The notes beneath the pieces were generated by a model, which was not told the DNA's origin, searched no databases, and saw nothing but the letters and a program-made list of their open reading frames with translations. Below are positions 55,695-64,000 of a stretch of DNA of 64,000 bases, piece by piece. Numbering within the stretch: the first letter of the stretch is position 1; each line of letters begins with the position of its first letter. The position numbers and the translations under genes were made by a program. This stretch comes from Pirellulales bacterium (GTDB lineage: Bacteria; Planctomycetota; Planctomycetia; Pirellulales; JADZDJ01): positions 15,780-79,779 of the forward strand of contig JADZDJ010000018.1 in assembly GCA_020851115.1 (NCBI GenBank). Direction: 5' to 3'.

Positions 55695-56714
55695 CTACTT
55701 CTCCAGTTTGATGGCCACTTTGCCCGTCGAATCGGTCGCCGCGCGCGACATTCCAGGCGTCGTGAAGTGCATCGTGATGTTTCCTTGCCGATCGACGGCG
55801 ATAAAGCCGCCGGCGTTTGCCGGGAAAATGTCGTCGAGCACCTGATGCACGGCTTGATCGAGCGTCAGGCCTTTGTAGGCCATCAGCGCGGCGACGTGAA
55901 ACGCGCCGACATTTCGCATGAAATTTTCACCCAGTCCGGTGCCGCTGATGGCGCAAGTGGCGTTGTCGGCATAGTTGCCCGCGCCGATGATCGGAGTATC
56001 GCCGACGCGGCCGTACATCTTATTGCTGTAGCCGCCGGTGGAGGTGGCGGCGGCTAAATTGCCTTGCTTGTCCAGGGCCACGCAGCCGACCGTCCCCGTT
56101 CCCGGCGTGGTGGCCTCATTTTTTCGCCGAGCTTCTTCCACGTCTTGGAGCCACTGTTGGCGCCGCTTCTCGGTGGTGAAGTAGGAGTTTGGCACGCGTT
56201 CGATCTGCGGCTTGTCCTTCATCGCATCGGCGAATTTCTCCGCGCCATCGCCGGCGAGTAGAATATGCGGCGTTTCAGTCATCACCAGGCGCGCGAGCGA
56301 AATCGGATTTTTCACGGTTTTCAAGCACGTGACGGCGCCGCATTTCTTGTTGCTGCCGTCCATGATCGAAGCGTCCATTTCGTGCGCGCCCGCCGCGTTG
56401 AAAATCGCCCCTTTGCCAGCATTAAATTGCGGATCGTCCTCGAGCACCCGCACGGTCGCCTCGACGGCATCGAGCGCCGTGCCCCCTTCGGCCAGAATCT
56501 TGCGGCCGGTTTCGAGCGCCTTGGCCAATCCGGCCTCCAGTTGTCGGCGCTCTTCCGGGGTAAAGTTGAGCGGTTTCGATCCAGCGCCGCCGTGCAGCGC
56601 GATGGCGAACTCGATGCTGGGTTTCGCGGCGTCTTGTGCGGCAGTCATCGTAGTAAAAGTCAATGCGGCGGCGCTGGCCAATCGGAGAAAGCAGCGGCGG
56701 ATCATCGTCGACAA
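55695..56714 (-). CDS. isoaspartyl peptidase / L-asparaginase (Ntn-hydrolase, plant-type asparaginase family)
   Basis: 339 aa with a signal peptide. Motifs: 'IALHGGAG', the autoprocessing site 'GTVGCVALD', and 'GAGNYADN'. Confidence 0.9.
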   Translation of the reverse strand: MSTMIRRCFLRLASAAALTFTTMTAAQDAAKPSIEFAIALHGGAGSKPLNFTPEERRQLEAGLAKALETGRKILAEGGTALDAVEATVRVLEDDPQFNAGKGAIFNAAGAHEMDASIMDGSNKKCGAVTCLKTVKNPISLARLVMTETPHILLAGDGAEKFADAMKDKPQIERVPNSYFTTEKRRQQWLQDVEEARRKNEATTPGTGTVGCVALDKQGNLAAATSTGGYSNKMYGRVGDTPIIGAGNYADNATCAISGTGLGENFMRNVGAFHVAALMAYKGLTLDQAVHQVLDDIFPANAGGFIAVDRQGNITMHFTTPGMSRAATDSTGKVAIKLEK

Positions 56715-56782
56715 ACCTCCTCAGGTGCAGGGGTGATCGATCATTGCTAGCGCCTAAATGGCTAATCTTATGATAACGGGCA

Positions 56783-57604
56783 TCATCCCATGCTGGCCAC
56801 ACCCAGCACTTTCCGCAGCGCCGTAATCGCCACTTCTCCAAACTGCCGCGGCGGGATCCGCCAAATCGCTGGGTTCATTAGTTCGACCGACACATAGCCG
56901 CGATAATCGATGTCGCGGAGCCGCTGAATCAGCGGTTCTAAATGAAATTCGCCGTCGCCGGGCAGAATGCGGTCGGCGTCGGCGGCAAACTCCCTCGGTT
57001 GCCCCGTGAGATCGCAAAGCTGCACATGAAACAGGTTTTGCGCGTGAAGGTAGGCGAGGTCGAACTCTTTGCTCGGTCCGGTAAAAAAATGGAACGCATC
57101 GAGGCAAAGACCCAAGTGGGGGCTGCCGATTTCGTCCACAAGCGCAGCGGCCGATTCGAGGTTGTTGGGATAGGTCGCCCGGGCTTGAAATTCCAGCGCC
57201 AGCCGCAGACCGCTGTCACCGGCTTGCTGGGCGGCCTGCACTAACGACAGTTGCAGCCGCTCGAAGTCTTGCTGGCCGAAGGGGCCTTGGACGTCGCCGG
57301 CGACAACCAGCGTCTGAACGCCCAGCGCACGGCAAAGTTGCAGCCGCTGCTCGAAGTGCGACCAATGCTCTTTGCGCGCTTCGCCTTGCGAAACTAGCAA
57401 GCCACCCTGCAAGCTGGCGACGGTCGCGGCCACCTGTTGTCCGTCGAGCAACCGCCGCGCGTCGTCGAGCGAGTGCGATTGGAGATATGTTTCCAGTTTC
57501 GTCAGCCAAACTTCAATTGCCGAACAGTGCCCCGCGGCATAGTCTTCCACATCCTGCTCAAACGCAGCATGCAGCGTGCAAACTTGGCTAAGTGCGGGGA
57601 TCAT
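56783..57604 (-). CDS. sugar phosphate isomerase/epimerase (xylose isomerase-like TIM barrel)
   Basis: 273 aa with 'LGVQTLVVAGD', 'LALEFQ', 'LCLDAFHF', 'HVQLCD' and 'VSVELMN'. Confidence 0.8.
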   Translation of the reverse strand: MIPALSQVCTLHAAFEQDVEDYAAGHCSAIEVWLTKLETYLQSHSLDDARRLLDGQQVAATVASLQGGLLVSQGEARKEHWSHFEQRLQLCRALGVQTLVVAGDVQGPFGQQDFERLQLSLVQAAQQAGDSGLRLALEFQARATYPNNLESAAALVDEIGSPHLGLCLDAFHFFTGPSKEFDLAYLHAQNLFHVQLCDLTGQPREFAADADRILPGDGEFHLEPLIQRLRDIDYRGYVSVELMNPAIWRIPPRQFGEVAITALRKVLGVASMG

Positions 57605-57775
57605 TCTGGCATGAAAGTCCTGGCAACACCGATGTATACGGACAAACTCAGATCAAATCGGATCCGGCCGCGACAGTCGTTGCAAAACACCCAATCCGTC
57701 GCGTCGGCTCGTGTTGAATGTCGTCGAACTGCGATCAACGGCGTCTTCTGGTTTCAAGCCCAACTTGGCGCTGGT

Positions 57776-59233
57776 TCACCCAATCCGTCGCCGGATTTCT
57801 TCGACCACATCATCCACCTTCACACGCCATTGCTCCAAACTGTCGCGATCGCGGACGGTGACGGTTTGATCCTGCAGCGTCTGGCCATCGACCGTAATGC
57901 AATACGGCGTACCCGCCTCGTCCTGACGTCGGTAACGCCGACCGATAGCGCTCTTTTCGTCGTAAAAGACATTCATGCGCTGCTTCAAGGATCGATAGAT
58001 TCCTTGAGCAACCTCCGGCATGCCGTCCTTCTTCACGAGCGGGAAGACGGCGGCCTTGATCGGGGCGAGTCGCGGGTGAAATCGCATGACGACGCGAGTC
58101 TGCATCTCGCCCTTTTCGTCGGGCTGCGAATCTTCGCAGTAGGCTTCGCACAGGAACGCCAGCGTTGCGCGATCCGCCCCAGCCGATGGCTCGATGACGT
58201 GCGGGATAAATCGCTGCTTGGTCAGGTCGTCGAAATAGCTCAGATCTTTGCCGCTGCCGCGCCACTTCGGCTTGCCTTCGGCGTCTTTTTCGACTTCCAG
58301 GCAGCCTGCGGAGTTTTTTACCAGCTTGCCTTCCATGTGGCTGCGCAAGTCGAAGTCGCCGCGGTGGGCGACACCTTCAAGCTCGCCATATTCACCTTCG
58401 GCTAGGAACGGGAAAGCATACTCGATGTCGGCCGTGCCGCAGGAATAATGGCTCAGTTCATCGGCATGATGTTCGCGGAGTTGCAGACGATTGCTCGCCA
58501 ACCCCAAATCGGTATACCATTTCATTCGACGATCGCGCCAATATTCATACCACTTCCGCGACGAATCGGGGCGGCAGAAAAACTCGATCTCCATCTGCTC
58601 GAACTCGCGGGAGCGGAACGTGTAGTTCCGCGGGGTAATTTCGTTGCGAAAGCTCTTGCCCATCTGTGCAATGCCGAAGGGAAGCTTCACGCGGCTGCTA
58701 TCGAGCACGTTCTTGAAGTTGACGAAAATGCCCTGGGCGGTTTCGGGGCGCAAAAATGCGGCGTCTTCTTCGCTGCCGAGCGCTCCGATGATCGTTTTGA
58801 ACATTAGGTTGAAATCTCGCGGGTCCGTCAGTTTGCATTTGTCGAACTCGCCCGGATGCTTACTCGGTTTGAGCGGGCATTCGCTGGTCGGTATATGATC
58901 GACGCGAAATCGGCCTTTGCAGCCTTCCGTTCGACAATCGACCATCTTATCGACGAACAGATCGTAATGTCCGGAAACCTTCCACACCTGCGGATGCATG
59001 ATGATCGAGCAATCGAGTCCGGTCATTTCATACGCTTCGGGCGCGCCAGGCGGCGGAGCCAAGTCGTCGTGCCCCGAAACCATGTCGCGCCACCACGCCT
59101 CTTTGATGTTTCGCTTCAACTCGACGCCCAGAGGACCATAGTCCCAGAAGCCATTCAGGCCACCGTAGATCTCGCTCGATTGAAAAATAAAGCCTCGCCG
59201 TTTGCACAGCGAAACGAGTTTGTCCATGTCCAT
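57776..59233 (-). CDS. glyQS: glycine--tRNA ligase (dimeric GlyQS type)
   Basis: The track ORF runs to 59419; the ATG at 59233 gives 'MDMDKLVSLCKRRGFIFQSSEIYGGLNGFWDYGPLG'. Class II motifs: 'FRNEITPR', 'REFEQMEIEFF', 'PHVIEPSAGADR'. Confidence 0.95.
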   Translation of the reverse strand: MDMDKLVSLCKRRGFIFQSSEIYGGLNGFWDYGPLGVELKRNIKEAWWRDMVSGHDDLAPPPGAPEAYEMTGLDCSIIMHPQVWKVSGHYDLFVDKMVDCRTEGCKGRFRVDHIPTSECPLKPSKHPGEFDKCKLTDPRDFNLMFKTIIGALGSEEDAAFLRPETAQGIFVNFKNVLDSSRVKLPFGIAQMGKSFRNEITPRNYTFRSREFEQMEIEFFCRPDSSRKWYEYWRDRRMKWYTDLGLASNRLQLREHHADELSHYSCGTADIEYAFPFLAEGEYGELEGVAHRGDFDLRSHMEGKLVKNSAGCLEVEKDAEGKPKWRGSGKDLSYFDDLTKQRFIPHVIEPSAGADRATLAFLCEAYCEDSQPDEKGEMQTRVVMRFHPRLAPIKAAVFPLVKKDGMPEVAQGIYRSLKQRMNVFYDEKSAIGRRYRRQDEAGTPYCITVDGQTLQDQTVTVRDRDSLEQWRVKVDDVVEEIRRRIG

Positions 59234-59342
59234 GGGTAGGGATGAGTGGCTAGAGGCGAGGAATAAAAAAATGAACCTTGAAAAATAAACCATTCCGAGC
59301 CAGCAGACCATTATTTTGCATGTTGCATTTTGGAATGGCCTC

Positions 59343-60122
59343 CTACGGTCGATAAATTCTCCAATTCGTCGTATCAAACTCCGGCACGAAATCATACCGA
59401 TCGACCTCGGCCGCATCATTGATGTCGGCTTGCAAGCCGACGCTGGTTAGGTTCATGCCCCCTTGCGTTTGCAAGAGAACTTCCGCAATCCGCTGGTTGG
59501 CGCGGGGATCTGGCGGCCGGATGCTCCCCATTGCGCTTTGCCAAACGTCGCAGGCGATGCGGGCTTCGTCGTTCACATCGGTCAGGGGGCTGTGCGATTG
59601 GGTCAGACGCTCGACAATCGCGCCGGCGAAAAACACGTCTTCCCGCGTAATCCGGCCGCGCGTGCCGGCGCACAAAATGTGGATCGGCTTCTTTCCGTCA
59701 AGTTGTGATGCGACGGCCGAAAAATTCGCCGGCGCGCCGATCAATACCCGCGCTGCCGCCGTGCAAATCTTCAAAGCCTGCGTGCCATTGGTCGTCGTAA
59801 AGATCAGCGTGCGATGACGAACGGCCGCTGGCGAAAAATCGCGTGGCGAGTTTCCCAGGTCAAAGCCCGAAATCGGCAATCCGCCGCGCTCGCCGCCGAG
59901 CAGGGGTGGCTCGGGCGATTGGGGCGTTTCTTTCCACTGCGACCTTTTTTGCCGGGCTTCCTCGATTTCCAAGCACGGAACGACCTCATGGGCACCGCTG
60001 GCTAAGGCCGCCGTAATCGTCGTCGATGCTCGCAGTACATCGACCACCACGACCACTCCGGCGGCCAATTCCGCGGCAGAGGTGAGCGACGGCAGGAAAT
60101 GGACGGCAAGCGTGCTATACAT
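59343..60122 (-). CDS. comB: 2-phosphosulfolactate phosphatase family protein (ComB-like)
   Basis: The track ORF runs to 60179; the ATG is at 60122. ComB family patterns: 'VVVVDVLRASTTITAAL', 'GGERGG', 'FDLGNSP', 'TTTNGTQAL'. Confidence 0.8.
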   Translation of the reverse strand: MYSTLAVHFLPSLTSAAELAAGVVVVVDVLRASTTITAALASGAHEVVPCLEIEEARQKRSQWKETPQSPEPPLLGGERGGLPISGFDLGNSPRDFSPAAVRHRTLIFTTTNGTQALKICTAAARVLIGAPANFSAVASQLDGKKPIHILCAGTRGRITREDVFFAGAIVERLTQSHSPLTDVNDEARIACDVWQSAMGSIRPPDPRANQRIAEVLLQTQGGMNLTSVGLQADINDAAEVDRYDFVPEFDTTNWRIYRP

Positions 60123-60362
60123 CGGCGAAGAATCTAGTAGTCTGATAGTCTGGTGTTTGGTTGATCGAACTGCGGTCATTCACCGCGTGGCAAGCCAGGA
60201 GCGTCGGCGACCGAAATCTTGCCGATGAGCCAGCCTACTAGCCACGATGATACGATTTTGCCGCCAAAGTCGGAATGGCACACCAGCTAACCTCGTGGCC
60301 TGTTTATCGTTAGCTCTCCAAACACCAGCCTACCAGACCACCAGGCAAGCTTCCCACCGCCC

Positions 60363-61073
60363 ATGCCCGTCGATAAGTCCGAAACTCGCGTTCGACGGAT
60401 GTTTGGTGAAATTGCTCCGCGGTACGACTACTTGAACCACCTGCTGTCGATGGGGACCGACAAGTATTGGCGGTGGCGAACGGTTCGTCGTGTGCCGCCG
60501 AACGGTGACGCCCCGCTTCTCGATTTATGCACCGGAACGGGCGATTTGGCGCTGGCCTATGCCAAGCGGCTGGGCGGTGGCGGCTGCATCGTCGGAGCCG
60601 ATTTTTGCCATGAAATGCTGGCGATCGGCCGCTCCAAGGCCGAACGCGCTGGATGTAACGGTCGCGTGACTTTTATCGAGGCCGACGCCCAACACTTGCC
60701 GTTTCCCGACGACCATTTTCAAATCGTCTGCGTTGCCTTCGGCCTGCGGAACATCACCGACACCGATCGAGGACTGAGCGAAATGGCGAGGGTCTGCCGC
60801 CCCGGTGGCCGAGTGGCCGTGCTTGAGTTTTCGATGCCCCGCTGGCAGCCATTCCGCGGCCTCTACCGTTGGTACTTCCGCCGCGTCCTGCCGAAGGTCG
60901 GTCAAGCACTGATGCGGAACCAGTCGGCAGCCTACAATTATCTGCCCGAGAGCGTCGGCGAATTTCCCGACGGCGAGGCGCTGGCCGCTCGAATGCGCGC
61001 CGCGGGGCTGAGCGATGTAAAGTATTGGCCGCTGACACTGGGTGTGGCGACGCTGTATGTAGGAATCAAATAA
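60363..61073 (+). CDS. ubiE: demethylmenaquinone / ubiquinone-menaquinone C-methyltransferase
   Basis: 236 aa with '[28 protein letters not shown]', '[12 protein letters not shown]' and 'VAFGLRN'. Confidence 0.9.
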   Translation: MPVDKSETRVRRMFGEIAPRYDYLNHLLSMGTDKYWRWRTVRRVPPNGDAPLLDLCTGTGDLALAYAKRLGGGGCIVGADFCHEMLAIGRSKAERAGCNGRVTFIEADAQHLPFPDDHFQIVCVAFGLRNITDTDRGLSEMARVCRPGGRVAVLEFSMPRWQPFRGLYRWYFRRVLPKVGQALMRNQSAAYNYLPESVGEFPDGEALAARMRAAGLSDVKYWPLTLGVATLYVGIK

Positions 61074-61132
61074 GCCGACAAGGGCGGCGTCGCCAAGTTT
61101 TTCAATTTGCCATTCGCATTTTTCAATTTCCC

Positions 61133-61813
61133 ATGTCTCCCGTCGTCCTTGCCATCACCGGAGCCAGCGGCGCGATTTACGGAGTGCGGCTATTGGAAGT
61201 GCTGCTTGCGGCGAAGCGGACGGTGTATCTGACGATTAGCCCGTCGGGAGTCGCGGTGCTGAAAGAGGAGCTAGGTCTAGCGATAAACATCGAGCAGTTT
61301 TCGCAAAAAGACTTGTTCGAACGTCGATCTCACGCTCCGCGAGAGGAAAGACATCGGCAAATGCCTGCTAGCCAATCCGACAGCGACACTCCACCCCGGC
61401 AGCTCGCCGAGCGAGATGACTCTCTTGTGTACTGCCACCATCAAGACCTTATGTCTCCCATTGCCAGCGGCTCGTTTTTAACTGCCGGCATGGTCGTCTG
61501 CCCCTGTTCCGGCAGCACGCTGGCGGCGATTGCCCACTCGATGGGGAGCAATCTCATTCATCGCGCCGCCGAGGTTCACCTCAAGGAACGACGCAAGTTG
61601 GTGCTGGTCCCGCGGGAGACGCCGCTGTCGCTACCGCAGATTGACAACATGCGCAAGGCGACCGAAGCCGGCGCGGTTGTCCTGCCGGCCAGCCCGGGGT
61701 TTTATCATGGGCCAAAGTCAATCGACGACTTGGCGGATTTTGTTGTGGGGAGGATTTGCGATCAATTGGGAGTAGAGAAGGAGTTGATTCAACGTTGGGG
61801 AAGTCGGCGGTAG
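61133..61813 (+). CDS. ubiX: flavin prenyltransferase UbiX
   Basis: The track ORF starts at 60869 (open frame); the ATG at 61133 gives 'MSPVVLAITGASGAIYGVRLLEVL'. Motifs: 'VVCPCSGSTLAAIA' and 'HLKERRKLVLVPRETPL'. It carries a ~30-aa charged insertion relative to E. coli UbiX. Confidence 0.9.
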   Translation: MSPVVLAITGASGAIYGVRLLEVLLAAKRTVYLTISPSGVAVLKEELGLAINIEQFSQKDLFERRSHAPREERHRQMPASQSDSDTPPRQLAERDDSLVYCHHQDLMSPIASGSFLTAGMVVCPCSGSTLAAIAHSMGSNLIHRAAEVHLKERRKLVLVPRETPLSLPQIDNMRKATEAGAVVLPASPGFYHGPKSIDDLADFVVGRICDQLGVEKELIQRWGSRR

Positions 61814-61842
61814 GCAGGATGCGGTAGGCGGAAAATACCGCC
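61807..61842 (+). repeat. 9-nt direct repeat GCGGTAGGC x2 at 14-nt spacing plus GGCGG-AAAATA-CCGCC hairpin at the ubiX stop
   Basis: The repeats are at 61807-61815 and 61821-61829. The hairpin is at 61827-61842. The first repeat contains the ubiX stop codon TAG (61811-61813). Confidence 0.7.
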
Positions 61843-61871
61843 AGCCGCAATCCGCCTTCTGCATACCACGT

Positions 61872-62855
61872 ATGTTTGCCCACATTCGACAACTGCTGGA
61901 ACTCATTCGCATCAGCCATACGCTGTTCGCGCTGCCGTTCGCGCTGCTGGCAGCGCTAATGGCTTGGCGTATGAATTGGGAGCAGATTCAAGCCGAAGCG
62001 GCTATTAACACATTCATCGAGAGGATGGGGCGAGGGGGGGCCAGGCACGATGACTATGGAATTGGATTGGTCACGTCGTTCCGCTGGCAAGAACTCTTTG
62101 GCATTCTCATGGCCATGGTCGCCGCTCGCAGCGCGGCAATGGCGTTTAACCGCTTGGCCGATCGGAAAATGGACGCGCTAAATCCGCGCACGGCTGGTCG
62201 GCATTTGCCCGTGGGAGCTTTGTCGATTCGAGCTGTCGCGTCGTTCGCCGCGATGTCGTCGGCTGCGTTCATCGCCAGCACACTGATGTTCCTGCCGAAT
62301 CGGCTGCCGCTCTATTTGTCGGTTCCAGTGCTGCTGTTCTTGTTGGTTTACAGCTATACGAAGCGATTCACGTCGCTCGCTCATTTTTGGCTGGGGGCGG
62401 CGCTGATGCTCGCGCCGATTTCCGCCTGGATCGCCATTCGCGGCGAAGTCGTGATGCAGCAGCCGGCCGACCTGCTGCCCGTCATCGTCCTGGGTGCCGC
62501 GGTCCTGCTCTGGGTCAGCGGCTTCGACATGATTTACGCCTGCCAAGACGCCGACTTCGACCGCTCGCACGAACTGCATAGCGTCCCTGCGCGGCTGGGG
62601 GTGGCCGGTGCGTTACGGCTGGCGGCGGCGTGTCATGCCGGAACGGTAGTCCTTCTCCTCGCGCTGCCGAGCGTTTATCCTTTCTTTGGATGGATTTATT
62701 ACACCGCCGTCGCGGCGATTGCGGTATTGTTGATCTACGAACACGCCATCGTTCGCCCGAACGACCTGGCGCGAGTAAACACGGCATTTTTTCAAGTGAA
62801 TGCGGTCATCAGCATGGGGCTGCTCGTGGTCGGGGCGATTGATTTGTGGTTGTAG
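61872..62855 (+). CDS. UbiA-family polyprenyltransferase (4-hydroxybenzoate polyprenyltransferase-like; MqnP-type candidate)
   Basis: 327-aa polytopic protein with 'RISHTLFALPFAL', the Asp-rich 'NRLADRKMDALNPRT', and 'YACQDADFD'. Confidence 0.8.
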   Translation: MFAHIRQLLELIRISHTLFALPFALLAALMAWRMNWEQIQAEAAINTFIERMGRGGARHDDYGIGLVTSFRWQELFGILMAMVAARSAAMAFNRLADRKMDALNPRTAGRHLPVGALSIRAVASFAAMSSAAFIASTLMFLPNRLPLYLSVPVLLFLLVYSYTKRFTSLAHFWLGAALMLAPISAWIAIRGEVVMQQPADLLPVIVLGAAVLLWVSGFDMIYACQDADFDRSHELHSVPARLGVAGALRLAAACHAGTVVLLLALPSVYPFFGWIYYTAVAAIAVLLIYEHAIVRPNDLARVNTAFFQVNAVISMGLLVVGAIDLWL

Positions 62856-62858
62856 CAG

Positions 62859-62927
62859 TTAGCTTTTAGCTTTTAGTGATTCGCTTTACAGTCCAGAAAT
62901 TTGAAAGTTAACAGCTAAAAGCTAACA
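62859..62927. repeat. 14-bp perfect inverted repeat built from AGCTAAM heptamers (GTTAGCTTTTAGCT / AGCTAAAAGCTAAC), 41-nt loop
   Basis: The arms are at 62859-62872 and 62914-62927. The flanks continue the period (..TTTTAGTG; CAGCTAAC C). It fills the 91-nt spacer between the UbiA-like gene and mqnE. Confidence 0.8.
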
Positions 62928-62946
62928 GCTAACCGCTTAAGAACAA

Positions 62947-64000
62947 ATGACTAAACCCACCTTCAACTCCATCCGCGATAAAGTCGAAGCCGGCCAGCGG
63001 CTGTCGATGGACGATGGATTGTTGCTCGATTCACCCGCCGTCCATCTAAACAACCTGGGCGAGCTAGCGAATTTGGTGCGCGAGCGGAAGAATGGCAACG
63101 CGGCCTACTTCAACATCAACACACACCTGAACCCGACCAACGTTTGCGTCTACCGCTGCATCTTCTGCGCATTTCGAGCCGACCTGCGCGAAGCGCGCGG
63201 CTATTGGATGAGCGACGAGCAAATCTTGGCCCGTGGCCAGGAAGCCGTCGATGCCGGCTGCACCGAGATGCACATCGTCGGTGGGTTGCATCACCAGATG
63301 CAGTTCGAGTGGTATTTGAACCTCGTCCGCCTATTGCACGGCAACTATCCGCAACTGCACCTCAAAGCCTGGACGGCCGTCGAACTCAATTGGTTCACGC
63401 ACCTCACCAAGCGCAGCGTCCGCGACGTGTTGGTCGAACTCAAAGACGCCGGCCTGGGAAGCCTGCCCGGCGGCGGAGCGGAGATTTTTCATCCCGAAGT
63501 GCGCGATCGGATTTGCGAACACAAAGCCGACGCCTATCAGTGGATCAACACCCACCGCACGGCTCACGAACTCGGCCTGCGCAGCAACGCCACGATGCTC
63601 TACGGACACATTGAAAATTCCTACCACCGCATCGACCACCTGCTGCGATTGCGCGAATTGCAGGACGAAACTGGCGGCTTTCAGACGTTCATCCCGTTGG
63701 CGTTTCATCCGGCAAACACCAAGCTCAGCCACCTTAAAAAACCCTCGGCCTTGACGGACCTGCGCACGATGGCCGTGAGCCGCTTGATGCTCGACAATTT
63801 CGATCACATCAAGGCCTACTGGATCATGCTCGGCATCGGCACGGCGCAAACGGCGCTGGCCTACGGTGCCGACGATCTCGACGGCACGGTGCGACACGAA
63901 TTGATCTACCACGACGCCGGCGCCACGACTCCCGAAGTCCTCTCCGTCGATCACATCCGCCGCCTCATCATCGAAGCCGGCCGCGAACCCATCGAGCGCG
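62947..64000 (+). CDS. mqnE: radical SAM aminofutalosine synthase MqnE-like (3' end beyond window)
   Basis: This ORF is open to the window end and so is absent from the track. My own translation gives 'MTKPTFNSIRDKVEAGQRLSMDDG', 'YFNINTHLNPTNVCVYRCIFCAF' (CxxxCxxC), 'MHIVGGLH', 'GSLPGGGAEIF', 'NATMLYGHIE', 'GGFQTFIPLAFHP'. The 'YFNxN' context favours MqnE over MqnC. Confidence 0.75.
   Translation, partial: MTKPTFNSIRDKVEAGQRLSMDDGLLLDSPAVHLNNLGELANLVRERKNGNAAYFNINTHLNPTNVCVYRCIFCAFRADLREARGYWMSDEQILARGQEAVDAGCTEMHIVGGLHHQMQFEWYLNLVRLLHGNYPQLHLKAWTAVELNWFTHLTKRSVRDVLVELKDAGLGSLPGGGAEIFHPEVRDRICEHKADAYQWINTHRTAHELGLRSNATMLYGHIENSYHRIDHLLRLRELQDETGGFQTFIPLAFHPANTKLSHLKKPSALTDLRTMAVSRLMLDNFDHIKAYWIMLGIGTAQTALAYGADDLDGTVRHELIYHDAGATTPEVLSVDHIRRLIIEAGREPIER

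Noticed and set aside
1-64000. CRISPR arrays, transposases/IS elements, integrases, prophage genes, toxin-antitoxin pairs and known defence systems.
   Set aside because: None was seen. The only repeats are 7-nt micro-arrays and isolated inverted repeats, with no spacer-repeat architecture and no mobility or nuclease/helicase gene content.

Overview
This is a 64 kb, GC-rich, densely coding window. I call 53 protein-coding genes (two cut by the window edges), one tRNA-Leu(CAG), a few promoter- and terminator-like sites, and a set of short repeats. I saw no rRNA, CRISPR array, transposase, integrase, phage gene or recognisable defence gene, so this reads as core chromosome rather than an island. 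The gene content suggests a Planctomycetota (Pirellulales-like) genome, but that is inference only. The supporting genes are a Tat-signal Gfo/Idh/MocA oxidoreductase, xylose-isomerase-like TIM-barrel genes, an SHD1-tailed trypsin-like protease, HEAT/TPR/pentapeptide proteins, 'archaeal-type' H4MPT/methanofuran-linked genes and futalosine-route menaquinone genes, together with long non-coding spacers. Recognisable housekeeping genes are dxs (partial), nadK, metG, glyQS, polX, rsmA, ribE, pssA-psd, and menG/ubiE-ubiX-ubiA-like-mqnE (partial). I found no large, clearly novel multi-gene system. The most unusual items are listed below.
1. An uncharacterised three-gene membrane operon (17280-20916): a HEAT-repeat protein followed by two tandem paralogues built from one and two copies of the same unknown module.
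2. A 64-aa signal-peptide-bearing peptide with 10 Cys in its last 25 residues and a strong SD (55408-55602).
3. A secreted protein with an RGG/Asn/aromatic low-complexity region fused to TPRs (37348-38718).
4. A recurring 7-nt-periodic micro-repeat phenomenon at gene boundaries, often as hairpin arms. One array sits in-frame inside the essential metG gene.
5. An ATP-grasp plus hydantoinase-like pair resembling the H4MPT/methanofuran-linked Orf5/Orf7 (MfnD/MfnF-like) genes, divergent from a large two-domain unknown.
6. A flippase-like/GT2/GT-C glycolipid-type cassette.
7. Several unusually long non-coding spacers, one with a near-consensus extended -10 promoter.
All functional calls come from motif recognition by eye. 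No database search was run.
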